Notes: generated by a model not told the origin, from the letters alone. Positions 1-7,936 are shown, counted from the first letter of the stretch. The stretch: 44,704 nucleotides of DNA from an uncultured bacterium (GCA_964450125.1 CAYVDO010000006.1:2059-46762); one strand, 5' to 3'. Numbers and translations are program-made.

Positions 1-435
1 GGCGGTGGACGAGAACACGAACGAGCGCACGCCGGCCGAGAGCGCCGCGTCGAGCAAGCCGAGCGACGCGACGACGTTGCCCCGCCAGTACTTCGCCGGG
101 GCGGAGACGGACTCCTCCACGCGGATGAAGCCCGCGAAGTGCAGCACCGCCTCGGGCCGGTAAGCGCCGATCGACTGCACCTCCCAGTAACGGGAAAAAC
201 CATCGCTCACGTTGCCTGGGTCGTAGAAGCTCGCAACGGAGCTCCAATCGGGCGGGGCACCGATCTCGACCCGCAGCACGAGCACCGGGCGGGTGCCGGA
301 GCGCGGCACTTTGTTGCGCCCGATGTCGTTCGCATCGCTCATGTGATCGATGTAACCTGCCGCGGCTCGGCCGGCAGGAAGGGCGAGCACCGCCACGAAA
401 ATCGGTACCATCCACGCGTGTTGCCGTCGCTTCAT
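1..435 (-). CDS. NAD-dependent epimerase/dehydratase (GalE-like extended SDR), 5' part only; the gene runs off the left edge of the window
   Basis: Minus-strand frame is open from ATG (435-433) to position 1. It is absent from the ORF track because no stop lies inside the window. My translation: MKRRQHAWMVPIFVAVLALPAGRAAAGYIDHMSDANDIGRNKVPRSGTRPVLVLRVEIGAPPDWSSVASFYDPGNVSDGFSRYWEVQSIGAYRPEAVLHFAGFIRVEESVSAPAKYWRGNVVASLGLLDAALSAGVRSFVFSSTA. The last ~55 aa match the conserved GalE block (hHFAa..v.ES...P..Y...Nv....L......gv...vFSSsA). Start codon is uncertain. Confidence 0.5.
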   Translation of the reverse strand, partial: MKRRQHAWMVPIFVAVLALPAGRAAAGYIDHMSDANDIGRNKVPRSGTRPVLVLRVEIGAPPDWSSVASFYDPGNVSDGFSRYWEVQSIGAYRPEAVLHFAGFIRVEESVSAPAKYWRGNVVASLGLLDAALSAGVRSFVFSSTA

Positions 436-632
436 TCGAGGTCTCCTCGCGCCGGCGCGAGCCGGGACGCAACCGTGCCGCGCGAACGCATCCTTCGAGA
501 ATACACGTCGGCTGCGCCTCCGCGCCTCCCCCCCGTCCCCGGGTCCGAGGCACACCGAGCGCCCCTCGCCGCCGCCCGCCGGCTGCACCATCGTGCCGCC
601 GCGCATCGGCCCGACGCCCAGACCGCTCGCCC

Positions 633-995
633 GTGAACAGCGTGCCGAATCCGTGGATCCCCGTCGGGCTCCTGCTCGTCGGCGTGGCGATCGGCACCGC
701 CGGCGGCCTGCTCGTGCTGTGGGCTCGCTACAAGCGCTCGACGAGGGTTCTCGGCGCGCTGCTGTTTCTCGTCGGCAGCGGCATGGCCGGTGCGGCAATG
801 CTCGAGGTGACGCGCAGCCCCTTCGTCACCGGCTTCCTGGGGGCGCTCTACTGCCTCGCCGTGCTGGCGGCGCTTCTCAACGTCGACTCCGGGTCGGCCC
901 CGGAATCCCACGAGTCGTTCCCGCGCCGATTCTCACCGCACCGCACCACCCGCGTCCTCGACCGCTCCCACGATCGAACGCCGCCACCCTCCTGA
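633..995 (+). CDS. small hydrophobic membrane protein (hypothetical)
   Basis: GTG-initiated 120-aa ORF with three hydrophobic helices (VGLLLVGVAIGTAGGLLVLW, LGALLFLVGSGMAGAAML, GFLGALYCLAVLAALL). Third codon positions are mostly G/C. No family recognised. Confidence 0.4.
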   Translation: MNSVPNPWIPVGLLLVGVAIGTAGGLLVLWARYKRSTRVLGALLFLVGSGMAGAAMLEVTRSPFVTGFLGALYCLAVLAALLNVDSGSAPESHESFPRRFSPHRTTRVLDRSHDRTPPPS

Positions 996-1014
996 TCCCC
1001 GCGCGAGATCGGGC

Positions 1015-2307
1015 TCAGCCCTTGGTCTCGCCCTTGGAAGCGCCAGGACGGCGCGTCTCCGATACCGGAATGAGGCGCCCACCTTGATTCACGAGGAATT
1101 CGTCCGTCGGCAGCCCCGGCGCGATCCGACCCACGACCTGCTTGGGGTGCTGGATGATCCGGTAGCCGTTGGGGATCGAGCGGCCAGGATAGAACCACAC
1201 CGGCCCCGAGATCGAGACCTTGTGCCCCACGCAGCCCGCGAGGAAGTTGAGCTTCGTGTCCGCGAAGCCACCGTCGTGCTCCACCTCGATGGTGCCTTCG
1301 AGCTTGAGGTCGTAGAAGCGCACGCGCCCACCCACGAACGCCTCGCTGCCCACGAGACCGCCCTGGATGGTCTTCACGAAGCTCTCGGGATAGATCGCCG
1401 AGAGATTGAGGATGGCCTGCTGGGCGATGATGCTCTTGTCCCCCACCACGGAGCCGTTGACGATCGCCTGCTCGCCGATCGACGCGCCGGCGCCCAGCAT
1501 GGAGAACCGCACCTGTGCGCCGGCACCGATGTGCACTCCCGGCCCCAGGATGCAGCCTTCCACCGTGGCGCTGGGATGGATCAGGCAACCTTTGCCGACG
1601 ACGTTGAGACGGCTCAGGAAACCGTATGCGATCTTGCCGCGAGTGGTCGCGAACAACGACCGAATCAGGATCCACGCCAGCCAGAGCTTGCGCCGCGACG
1701 CTTCGCGCGCCCACCCGAGGCCGATCGCGAAGACGTTCGCCTGCCACACGTGGACCCAATGGCCGAGGTGCATGACCACGCCGTTCGAGAGCGGCACCGC
1801 CATGGAACGGCCGCGGGCGCCCATGGCACCCAGATCCACGGGGAACGTCCGCTCCTTGAGCTCCACGACCTCGGCGCGTGCAGCGGCACGCAGCTCGTCG
1901 AGGCCGCCGATTCGCTGCCGAACGTAGAAGACGTCGTAGAGTGCACGCTCGCCCGCCGCGTAGCGGAAGTCCTTCTCGAACCGAATCTGCTGGACCGGAT
2001 GCGTGAACTCGACCATCGGGCCGCGCGGGATTCCCAGCGCCGAGCTTCCGGTGGCCACACGCGCGCCCTCCAGGAACTTGCGCAGCACTCCGGTCGACAC
2101 GAACACGTAGTCGAGGATGAGCAGGTACTCGGGCTCGCGGATCTCGGCGAGATCGCGCACCCGGCGCACCTCGAGCCCGAGATCGGCGAGCGCTCGATCC
2201 TGGTGATCGGCGAGACGGCGGTCTCCGATCCAGCAACGGGAGACGGGATCGCCGAACGGGGCGATCGTGCGCTCACTCGAAAGTACGTAGGCGGGCGTAG
2301 CCACCAC
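1015..2307 (-). CDS. hexapeptide-repeat (left-handed beta-helix) protein with an N-terminal nucleotidyltransferase-like domain (GlmU-like, uncharacterised); paralog A
   Basis: 430-aa ORF, GTG start. The C-terminal half carries imperfect hexapeptide repeats (IHPSATVEGCILGPGVHIGAGAQVRFSMLGAGASIGEQAIVNGSVVGDKSII). The N-terminal ~200 aa resembles sugar-nucleotidyltransferase-type domains (recalled, not searched). Clear paralog of 2502-3755. Confidence 0.8.
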   Translation of the reverse strand: MVATPAYVLSSERTIAPFGDPVSRCWIGDRRLADHQDRALADLGLEVRRVRDLAEIREPEYLLILDYVFVSTGVLRKFLEGARVATGSSALGIPRGPMVEFTHPVQQIRFEKDFRYAAGERALYDVFYVRQRIGGLDELRAAARAEVVELKERTFPVDLGAMGARGRSMAVPLSNGVVMHLGHWVHVWQANVFAIGLGWAREASRRKLWLAWILIRSLFATTRGKIAYGFLSRLNVVGKGCLIHPSATVEGCILGPGVHIGAGAQVRFSMLGAGASIGEQAIVNGSVVGDKSIIAQQAILNLSAIYPESFVKTIQGGLVGSEAFVGGRVRFYDLKLEGTIEVEHDGGFADTKLNFLAGCVGHKVSISGPVWFYPGRSIPNGYRIIQHPKQVVGRIAPGLPTDEFLVNQGGRLIPVSETRRPGASKGETKG

Positions 2308-2468
2308 GGCAGCACTCCCCGGCGACGGCGAAGTCGCGAAACGCGAGGATCGAGCGGCGCGCGAAGCTACAGCGCGCGGTATCGCCCGTCAAAGCGACGC
2401 ATGAATACGATACCCCGTGCCCATCCTCCGGGCTGCCTTGGCCAGACTTTCGGCGGCCTGCTAAATCC

Positions 2469-2490
2469 CGCGGCGCGGCGCCGCGCCGCG
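2469..2490 (+). promoter_or_regulatory. perfect 22-bp GC palindrome CGCGGCGCGGC|GCCGCGCCGCG, 11 nt upstream of the ATG at 2502
   Basis: Read directly: positions 2469-2479 are the exact reverse complement of 2480-2490. It lies in the 194-bp divergent intergenic region between the two beta-helix paralogs. The function (operator or leader hairpin) is inferred. Confidence 0.5.
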
Positions 2491-2501
2491 ATCGACTCCA
2501 G

Positions 2502-3755
2502 ATGGCCGTGAACGCGTATCTCCTCGACCACACCGAGCCGGTGGCTCCCTGGAACGAGCCCGCCCACGCGCTCGAGGTATTCGCGCGGCCGCTCGGCGAG
2601 TGGATGCACGGCGTGCTGGAATCCGAAGGATTCACGGTGGAGCGGGTCGCGAGCGAACGCCAGATCGCGGCCGACGGCCCATGCCTGGTGGTTGCCAGCC
2701 ACGTCGTCGCCGGCGCCGCCGCGATCCGCGCCTTCAAGCGCGCCTGCGAGGCCGGTTCCGCGAGCCGCGTTCTCGCCCTTCCCGACAGCGCCTTCACACG
2801 CTTCACCACGCCGCTGGCGGCGCTTCCCACGGCGGACGTAGCCGGCGAGCGCGTCCATCGCTACGACGTCTTCTGGTGCCAGGATGGCCGTTTCGACCGC
2901 CAAGCGGCGGCGGCTTTCGAACCGCTGGTGCTCGAGCTTCGCGAGCGCGAGCTACCCACCAGCGCACCTCCGTTCGTCCCCGGCGATCGTATGCCGATGG
3001 GGATCGCGTCCCGGTACGTGTTCCAGATCCGCCACTGGTCCCACCTCCACCAGGCGAACATCGTGGGCGGAATCTGCGAAGCCTTCGCGCGCGCGCAACA
3101 GCCGCGCACCTGGGCCTGGCTCGCCTGGCGCTTGCTGCGGGCGTTCCCGTGGACGCTCCGCCGGCTCCTCTGCGGTTTCAATCACCGCGGACGGCGCAGC
3201 TTCATCCACCCGACCGCCAGCGTCGAAGGCTGCGTGGTCGGCCGCGGGGTGGTAATCGACGCCGGCGCGGTGGTACGTGGCTCGATCCTCGGCGACGGCG
3301 CCAAGATCGGCCAGCACGCCCGCGTGCTGTGGAGCGTGATCGGACCCGGCGCACGGGTCGCCTGGAACGGAATCGCGAACTTCTCGGTGCTCATGCGCGG
3401 TAGCGAGACCAGCTTTCCCGGCGTGCAGATGTCCGTGGTGGGACGCGATGCCTACCTCGGCTCAGGCGTGTGGCATCTGGACACCAGCTTCACGGGCCCC
3501 GTGCCGGTTCGCGACGGCGAGCGTGTCGTGGAGAGCCATCAGCTCCTCCTGGGGATCGCCGTCGGCCATCGCGGCTTCCTGGGAGCCGGGGTGACGATCG
3601 CCGCAGGGCGCGAGATCCCGAACGGTACCCGCTGGATCGACGATCCCGCGCGCATGGCGACGCGGATCCCCGCCGACCTCGTGGATGGCGAGGTCTACGC
3701 CGTGCGCGATGGGCGCCCGATCCTCTTGAGTGAGCTGCTGAAGAAGAAGAGCTGA
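2502..3755 (+). CDS. hexapeptide-repeat (left-handed beta-helix) protein with an N-terminal nucleotidyltransferase-like domain (GlmU-like, uncharacterised); paralog B
   Basis: 417-aa ORF, ATG start. It shares with paralog A the motifs HWxHxxQAN (RHWSHLHQAN vs GHWVHVWQAN) and IHP(S/T)A(T/S)VEGC. It also shares the following hexapeptide turns and the C-terminal GR.IPNG.R segment. Confidence 0.8.
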   Translation: MAVNAYLLDHTEPVAPWNEPAHALEVFARPLGEWMHGVLESEGFTVERVASERQIAADGPCLVVASHVVAGAAAIRAFKRACEAGSASRVLALPDSAFTRFTTPLAALPTADVAGERVHRYDVFWCQDGRFDRQAAAAFEPLVLELRERELPTSAPPFVPGDRMPMGIASRYVFQIRHWSHLHQANIVGGICEAFARAQQPRTWAWLAWRLLRAFPWTLRRLLCGFNHRGRRSFIHPTASVEGCVVGRGVVIDAGAVVRGSILGDGAKIGQHARVLWSVIGPGARVAWNGIANFSVLMRGSETSFPGVQMSVVGRDAYLGSGVWHLDTSFTGPVPVRDGERVVESHQLLLGIAVGHRGFLGAGVTIAAGREIPNGTRWIDDPARMATRIPADLVDGEVYAVRDGRPILLSELLKKKS

Positions 3756-3824
3756 CACGCTCTGGCGCCCACAGGCTACAGCGTTCGGCACACGCCTCGA
3801 GGCGCGCCAATGACCGGCGCCGTT

Positions 3825-3890
3825 CGATTTGGGTAGGACCTGGCCCGGCACAGCTCGGCCGCGACGGGCGGGGGGCTGGAACTAGCCCCC
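3825..3890 (+). repeat. copy 1 of a ~65-nt intergenic repeat ending in a GGGGGCT-GGAACT-AGCCCCC hairpin
   Basis: cgatttgggtaggacc...ctcggccgcgacgggcggggggctggaactagccccc. The same head (cgaYtt-gggtagg) and tail (ggccgcgaYgggcggggggctggaac(t)agccccc) recur at 3985-4047. Confidence 0.7.
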
Positions 3891-3984
3891 GATCAAGCAT
3901 CACGACGGCCAATCTGCGCACCCGTCGCCACGCTCCCCGTCCAACGCGCCGCGAGCCAGCGGCGAGCCGCGAGCGGAAGCGAAG

Positions 3985-4047
3985 CGACTTGGGGGTAGGC
4001 CCCATCGCGGCTTGGCCGCGATGGGCGGGGGGCTGGAACAGCCCCCC
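3985..4047 (+). repeat. copy 2 of the ~65-nt intergenic repeat (direct orientation)
   Basis: cgacttgggggtaggccccatcgcggcttggccgcgatgggcggggggctggaacagcccccc. It contains two hairpins: ccatcgcgg/ccgcgatgg and gggggct/agccccc. Confidence 0.7.
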
Positions 4048-4058
4048 GAGAATGCATC

Positions 4059-4103
4059 CGCTCCCTCCGAAGCAAGCGCTTCGCGCTCGTTTCGGAGGGA
4101 GCG
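4059..4103 (-). terminator. strong stem-loop immediately 3' of the zinc-ribbon/TPR gene (putative terminator, weak U tract)
   Basis: 13-bp perfect inverted repeat cgctccctccgaa (4059-4071) / ttcggagggagcg (4091-4103), with an inner agcgc-ttc-gcgct hairpin. It starts 1 nt after the stop codon at 4105-4107. No clear U run follows. Confidence 0.5.
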
Positions 4104-4104
4104 C

Positions 4105-5340
4105 TCAGCCCTCGGTGCTCGCAAGCACCTCACCGGTGTCCGTGTCCACCAGCTCGACGCGATAAGCGTCGCTTGCGCCAGCGCGCTTGTGGATCTCCGC
4201 AAGGCCGGCACCCAGCTTGGCGAGAAAGACGCTGCGCATCCCCTCGGGCATCTGGCTCATGGGGAAGCCGCGGACCCAGACTTTCGCCTGGGTTTCGTGG
4301 TCCCACTCGATCTGCGTGATCCGGCTTCCCAGGATCGAGTGATTCCGGAACAACGCCTCGACCTCGGCCTGCGGACCGGTGGCACTGCTGGCGGCGGGGG
4401 CCGCGCCGCCACTGCCATCGAGCGGTGGATGACCGGGGGGAAGGCCGTCGGCCGAGCCCGCGGGCATGAGGTTCTTGGGTGCACGCCCTTCGAGGCGTGC
4501 CAGCGCGTTCTCGATTCCCTGCGCCACCTCGGGCGGCGGGTTGAGCGACTGCGCCTTGCGATAGGCCGCCAGCGCCTTCGCGGTGTCGCCGCCGGCGTGA
4601 TACGCGTTGCCGAGATTGAAATGCGCGTTCACGAAGTCCGGATGAGCAGCGATGACCTTCTCGTATTCGTGGATCGCGTCGTCGCGGCGTCCTGCATAGA
4701 GGTACATCGTGGCGAGATCGGTGCGCACGCTCGCCTCGTCGGGGTTCTTGGCGAGGAACTTTTCGTAGAGCGGGATCGCATCCGTCGCGCGGTCGAGGTC
4801 GTAGTAGACGTTGGCGAGCGCTACGGTGGCGTCGAGGTTCTCGGGCTCCGCCGCGAGGATGTCGTGAAAGATCGTCACCGCTTCGTCCGCGTACGCGGGC
4901 AGCAAACTGGCAGCGCGGTAGACGCCGTAGCCGAGGCGCAGCTTCGCGTCGACCGACTGCGCATCCGCCTGTACGGCATCGCGAAGCGGTTTGAGCGCCG
5001 CCTCGACGTCGGCCTTGGCCACTGCCGGCGGAGCCATCGCGCCCGCGGCCGTCGACGCCACGCCCTGGCCCTGAGTCGCGGCCTGCCGCATCACGTCCGC
5101 CGGCCCCTGCGGCGCACCGCCGCTCGACGCCGGCCCCTTGAGGTGAGTGGCGAGCAGCACGGTGCCGCCCACGAAGAGTGCCCCGGCGGCGACGATGGCG
5201 AGTGTGGAACCCAATCCGGTCTTGCGTGCGCCGAGCTCGGCGAGCTCGAACCCGCACTCGCCGCAGAATCTGAGCCCGGGCTTCACGGGGCTCGCGCAGC
5301 CGGGACAGAACTTGATGTTGCGCTCGGGATTCGCGGTCAC
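4105..5340 (-). CDS. zinc-ribbon / single-pass membrane / TPR-repeat protein
   Basis: 411 aa, GTG start. N-terminal CPGC...CGEC zinc ribbon (KFCPGCASPVKPGLRFCGECG) is followed by a TM helix (LAIVAAGALFVGGTVLLA). Several TPR-like repeats follow (LANVYYDLDRATDAIPLYEKFLAKNPD, LATMYLYAGRRDDAIHEYEKVIAAHPD, LGNAYHAGGDTAKALAAYRKAQSLNP). The C-terminal ~90 aa match no recognised family. Confidence 0.8.
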   Translation of the reverse strand: MTANPERNIKFCPGCASPVKPGLRFCGECGFELAELGARKTGLGSTLAIVAAGALFVGGTVLLATHLKGPASSGGAPQGPADVMRQAATQGQGVASTAAGAMAPPAVAKADVEAALKPLRDAVQADAQSVDAKLRLGYGVYRAASLLPAYADEAVTIFHDILAAEPENLDATVALANVYYDLDRATDAIPLYEKFLAKNPDEASVRTDLATMYLYAGRRDDAIHEYEKVIAAHPDFVNAHFNLGNAYHAGGDTAKALAAYRKAQSLNPPPEVAQGIENALARLEGRAPKNLMPAGSADGLPPGHPPLDGSGGAAPAASSATGPQAEVEALFRNHSILGSRITQIEWDHETQAKVWVRGFPMSQMPEGMRSVFLAKLGAGLAEIHKRAGASDAYRVELVDTDTGEVLASTEG

Positions 5341-5374
5341 GGCGGGTTCCTCGTCGGATACGGGTGAGCGGCTG

Positions 5375-6874
5375 TCAGCCGGCCGCGAAATGAGCGAGTG
5401 CGCGCGCCAGGCGACGGCGTACGGATTCGCGTCCCAAGATGGCCAGAGTCTCGTCGATGGGCGGACTGACGGTGCCGCCGCTCACCGCGATCCGCGCCGG
5501 CTGCGCGACCCGCGCCATCTTCCCCTCGCGGCTCTCGGCGAGGTGGGTCAGGACGGCGTGAATCTCGGCGGTCTCGAACGGTTCGATGCCATCGAGGACC
5601 GCCGCCAGCTCGCGCAGCGCGGCGAGGCCATCGGCGCCCAGCCACTTCTTGGCGTCCTTGGCATCGGCCGCCGGCAACACGACGTCCTCGTCGCGGCACA
5701 GGAAGAATCGGCCCAGCTCGGTCATCTCGGTGAGCGTCTTGGCGCGATCTTGAAGCGACTTCACGATCCGCACCAGGTGCGCGTCGGCTACGACCTCGAT
5801 CCGCTTCGCTCCCCGCTCGGGAAGCGCCAGGTGGCGTGCCCACTCGTTCGCCAACAGCACCGGATCCCGATGGCGCATGTAGTGGCCCGAGAGCCACGTG
5901 AGCTTCTCGCGATCGAAGACCGCGGCGGCGGTGCCGCAGCCTTCCAGCGCGAACGCCGCCACCATCTCCTCCAGGCTGATGACTTCCTGGTCGCCCAGGC
6001 TCCACCCGAGTCGAACCAAATAGTTGCGCAGCGCGTCCGGCAGGAACCCATCTTCGTCGAGATACGCGGTGACGCTGGTGGCGCCGTGGCGCTTCGAGAG
6101 CCGCGAGCGGTCGCCGCCCAGGATCATGGGCACGTGGGCGAACTGCGGCAGCGCGTAGCCGAGGGCTCGATAGATCAGAATCTGCTTGGGCGTGTTCGAC
6201 ACGTGGTCGTCGCCGCGGACCACGTGGGTGATCTTCATCCACGCGTCGTCGACCACCGCGGCGAGGTTGTAGGTGGGCGTGCCATCCGAGCGCAGCACCA
6301 CGAAGTCCTCGATCTGCTCGCACTCGAAGTTGAGCCCACCTTTGATTGCATCGTTCCAGCCCACGCTGCCGACGAGCGGCGCCTTGAAACGCAGCACCGC
6401 CGGCGCGTCCTCCGGTGTGTCGGTGCGCTCGCGGCAGCGGCGGTCGTAGCCCGGCGGGCGGCCCGATTTCTGAGCCGCCTCGCGGCGCGCCGCCAGCGCG
6501 TCGGGCGTGCACACACAGCGATAGGCCGAGCCGTTCCGAACCAATGCCTGGGCTGCCACCTGGTGGGCGGCGAGCCGTTTCGACTGCAGCACTGCGCGGC
6601 GCTCCCACGGGTCGCCCGGCGGCAACGCGTCGAAGCAGGTCTCGCCGGCTTCGACGAACTCGTCGGCGGTGATCCCGAGAGCGCTCATGCCGGTGAGAAT
6701 CGGCACCAAGAGCTCGGGGCGGTTGCGCTCGCGATCGGTATCCTCGACGCGGATGTAGAACTTCCCGCCGCAATGTCGAGCCAAGAGCCAATTGAAGAGT
6801 GCGGTGCGCGCGCCTCCGACGTGTAGAAAACCCGTGGGGCTGGGCGCGAAGCGCGTGACGACGAGCTCGGACAT
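5375..6874 (-). CDS. gltX: glutamate--tRNA ligase
   Basis: Start placed at MSELVVTRFAPSPTGFLHVGGARTALFNW (ATG 6874), which carries the class I HIGH-type motif (PTGFLHVGG) and a KMSKS-type motif (RLSKR). The track ORF extension up to 7219 overlaps the upstream gene and is Arg/Pro-rich, so it was discarded. Confidence 0.95.
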   Translation of the reverse strand: MSELVVTRFAPSPTGFLHVGGARTALFNWLLARHCGGKFYIRVEDTDRERNRPELLVPILTGMSALGITADEFVEAGETCFDALPPGDPWERRAVLQSKRLAAHQVAAQALVRNGSAYRCVCTPDALAARREAAQKSGRPPGYDRRCRERTDTPEDAPAVLRFKAPLVGSVGWNDAIKGGLNFECEQIEDFVVLRSDGTPTYNLAAVVDDAWMKITHVVRGDDHVSNTPKQILIYRALGYALPQFAHVPMILGGDRSRLSKRHGATSVTAYLDEDGFLPDALRNYLVRLGWSLGDQEVISLEEMVAAFALEGCGTAAAVFDREKLTWLSGHYMRHRDPVLLANEWARHLALPERGAKRIEVVADAHLVRIVKSLQDRAKTLTEMTELGRFFLCRDEDVVLPAADAKDAKKWLGADGLAALRELAAVLDGIEPFETAEIHAVLTHLAESREGKMARVAQPARIAVSGGTVSPPIDETLAILGRESVRRRLARALAHFAAG

Positions 6875-6923
6875 GCGAGAGGTCTCCCGTAGGCTTGCGG
6901 CAGGTTCGCGCCGCGCGTGACGC

Positions 6924-7844
6924 TCAGGCGAGCGCGGCAGCGGATCGCACCGGCGGCGCGTCGAAGACGATGCCGGCGTAGCCGACGAAGTCGCGAGGCT
7001 CGCCGCGCGGATGCACGTCGTGGCTGGTGGTGTAGGCGAGCAGCCGTCCCCGCACGGCGCCGCGCGCCAGCGCAAAGCCGATCGCCGCCGCCATCGCACC
7101 GGGTCCGCAGGCGTTTTGGTGCCGGAGCGCCTCGGGCACGATCTCCTCGGCGCTGAGCGCCGTGGCGAGGGCGATGATGCCGGCGTCGTTGGTCCCCTTG
7201 ACCCAGTCGAGCGCGGCACGACCGTGGCCGTGCGACGTGAACTCGTAGCTCGGACCGTAGTGCGTCAGGTCGGTCGAGCCGATGGCGATCACCCGCTCGT
7301 CACCGGCACTCGCCTCGGCGACCAGCCGCCCCACGTCCGCCGCCCGCGCCCGCGGACCGACGAGCATCGGCAGGATCCGTGCCTCGGGCCAGAGCGTCTG
7401 CAGCAGCGGCACTTGCACCTCGATCGAATGCTCGCGGCGATGGGCCTCGGCGCGCGCCTCGATCTCCCCAGACGCGCGCATCAACACGCGCTCGGCCAGT
7501 GCCGCGTCCACCGCCACCTCGCCGAGCGGTGTGAGCCAGCTACCCGCGGGATGAAGCTGCGCCCGGGTGCGGGCCTCGCCCCAATGATCGGCACCGAACA
7601 CCACCACCGTGGAGGGAGTTCGTTGCGCCGCGATCTCGCGCAGAACCCGCCCCGCCACCGCCCCCGAATACGTCCAACCGGCATGAGGCACCACGCCAGC
7701 CACCGGCACGACGGCGGCTGCGGTCGGGCTCGCGAGCAGCCGCGCGGGCGCGTCGCCCAGGAGCGCGGCGAGCTCGGCACGACACCCTGCCCGGTCGCCT
7801 GGATAGAACTGCCCCGCCACCGCGGGTGAACGTCGGCTCGTCAT
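6924..7844 (-). CDS. MEMO-like protein (AmmeMemoRadiSam system protein B family)
   Basis: 306 aa. Memo family hallmarks present: AGQFYPG near the N-terminus, VVPHAGWTYSG, EHSIEVQVPLLQ, GSTDLTHYG, and an ACG...A C-terminal block. Confidence 0.9.
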   Translation of the reverse strand: MTSRRSPAVAGQFYPGDRAGCRAELAALLGDAPARLLASPTAAAVVPVAGVVPHAGWTYSGAVAGRVLREIAAQRTPSTVVVFGADHWGEARTRAQLHPAGSWLTPLGEVAVDAALAERVLMRASGEIEARAEAHRREHSIEVQVPLLQTLWPEARILPMLVGPRARAADVGRLVAEASAGDERVIAIGSTDLTHYGPSYEFTSHGHGRAALDWVKGTNDAGIIALATALSAEEIVPEALRHQNACGPGAMAAAIGFALARGAVRGRLLAYTTSHDVHPRGEPRDFVGYAGIVFDAPPVRSAAALA

Positions 7845-7907
7845 GGTTGGTCAGCGCAATTTCGCGCGAATCCCGCTCGCGCGCTCGCGACGTCGCGCCC
7901 GAGCGCG

Positions 7908-7936
7908 AAGCTAGCGACCCCCCTCTCCCCCGTCAA
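7908..7936 (-). promoter_or_regulatory. candidate sigma70-type promoter for the MEMO-like/gltX unit (TTGACG-17 nt-TAGCTT)
   Basis: Minus strand reads cttgcTTGACGggggagaggggggtcgcTAGCTTcgcg. The -35 is at 7936-7931 and the -10 at 7913-7908, with a 17-nt spacer, ~64 nt upstream of the ATG at 7844. Sequence pattern only. Confidence 0.35.

Noticed and set aside
3756-4104. CRISPR array or tRNA/tmRNA gene in the long convergent intergenic region
   Set aside because: There are only two repeat copies, with a ~95-nt non-repeat interval, unequal lengths and no cas genes. No acceptor/T-arm (GGTTCGAATCC-type) structure is present.
6875-7219. N-terminal extensions of track ORFs for gltX (to 7219), miaA (to 20488), mutL (to 22167), bamA (to 38469), fabZ (to 35041), skp (to 36518) and the oxidoreductase (to 34011)
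   Set aside because: The extensions overlap the upstream genes, are compositionally aberrant, and precede the points where family-typical N-termini begin. Internal ATG/GTG starts, often overlapping the upstream stop, fit better.
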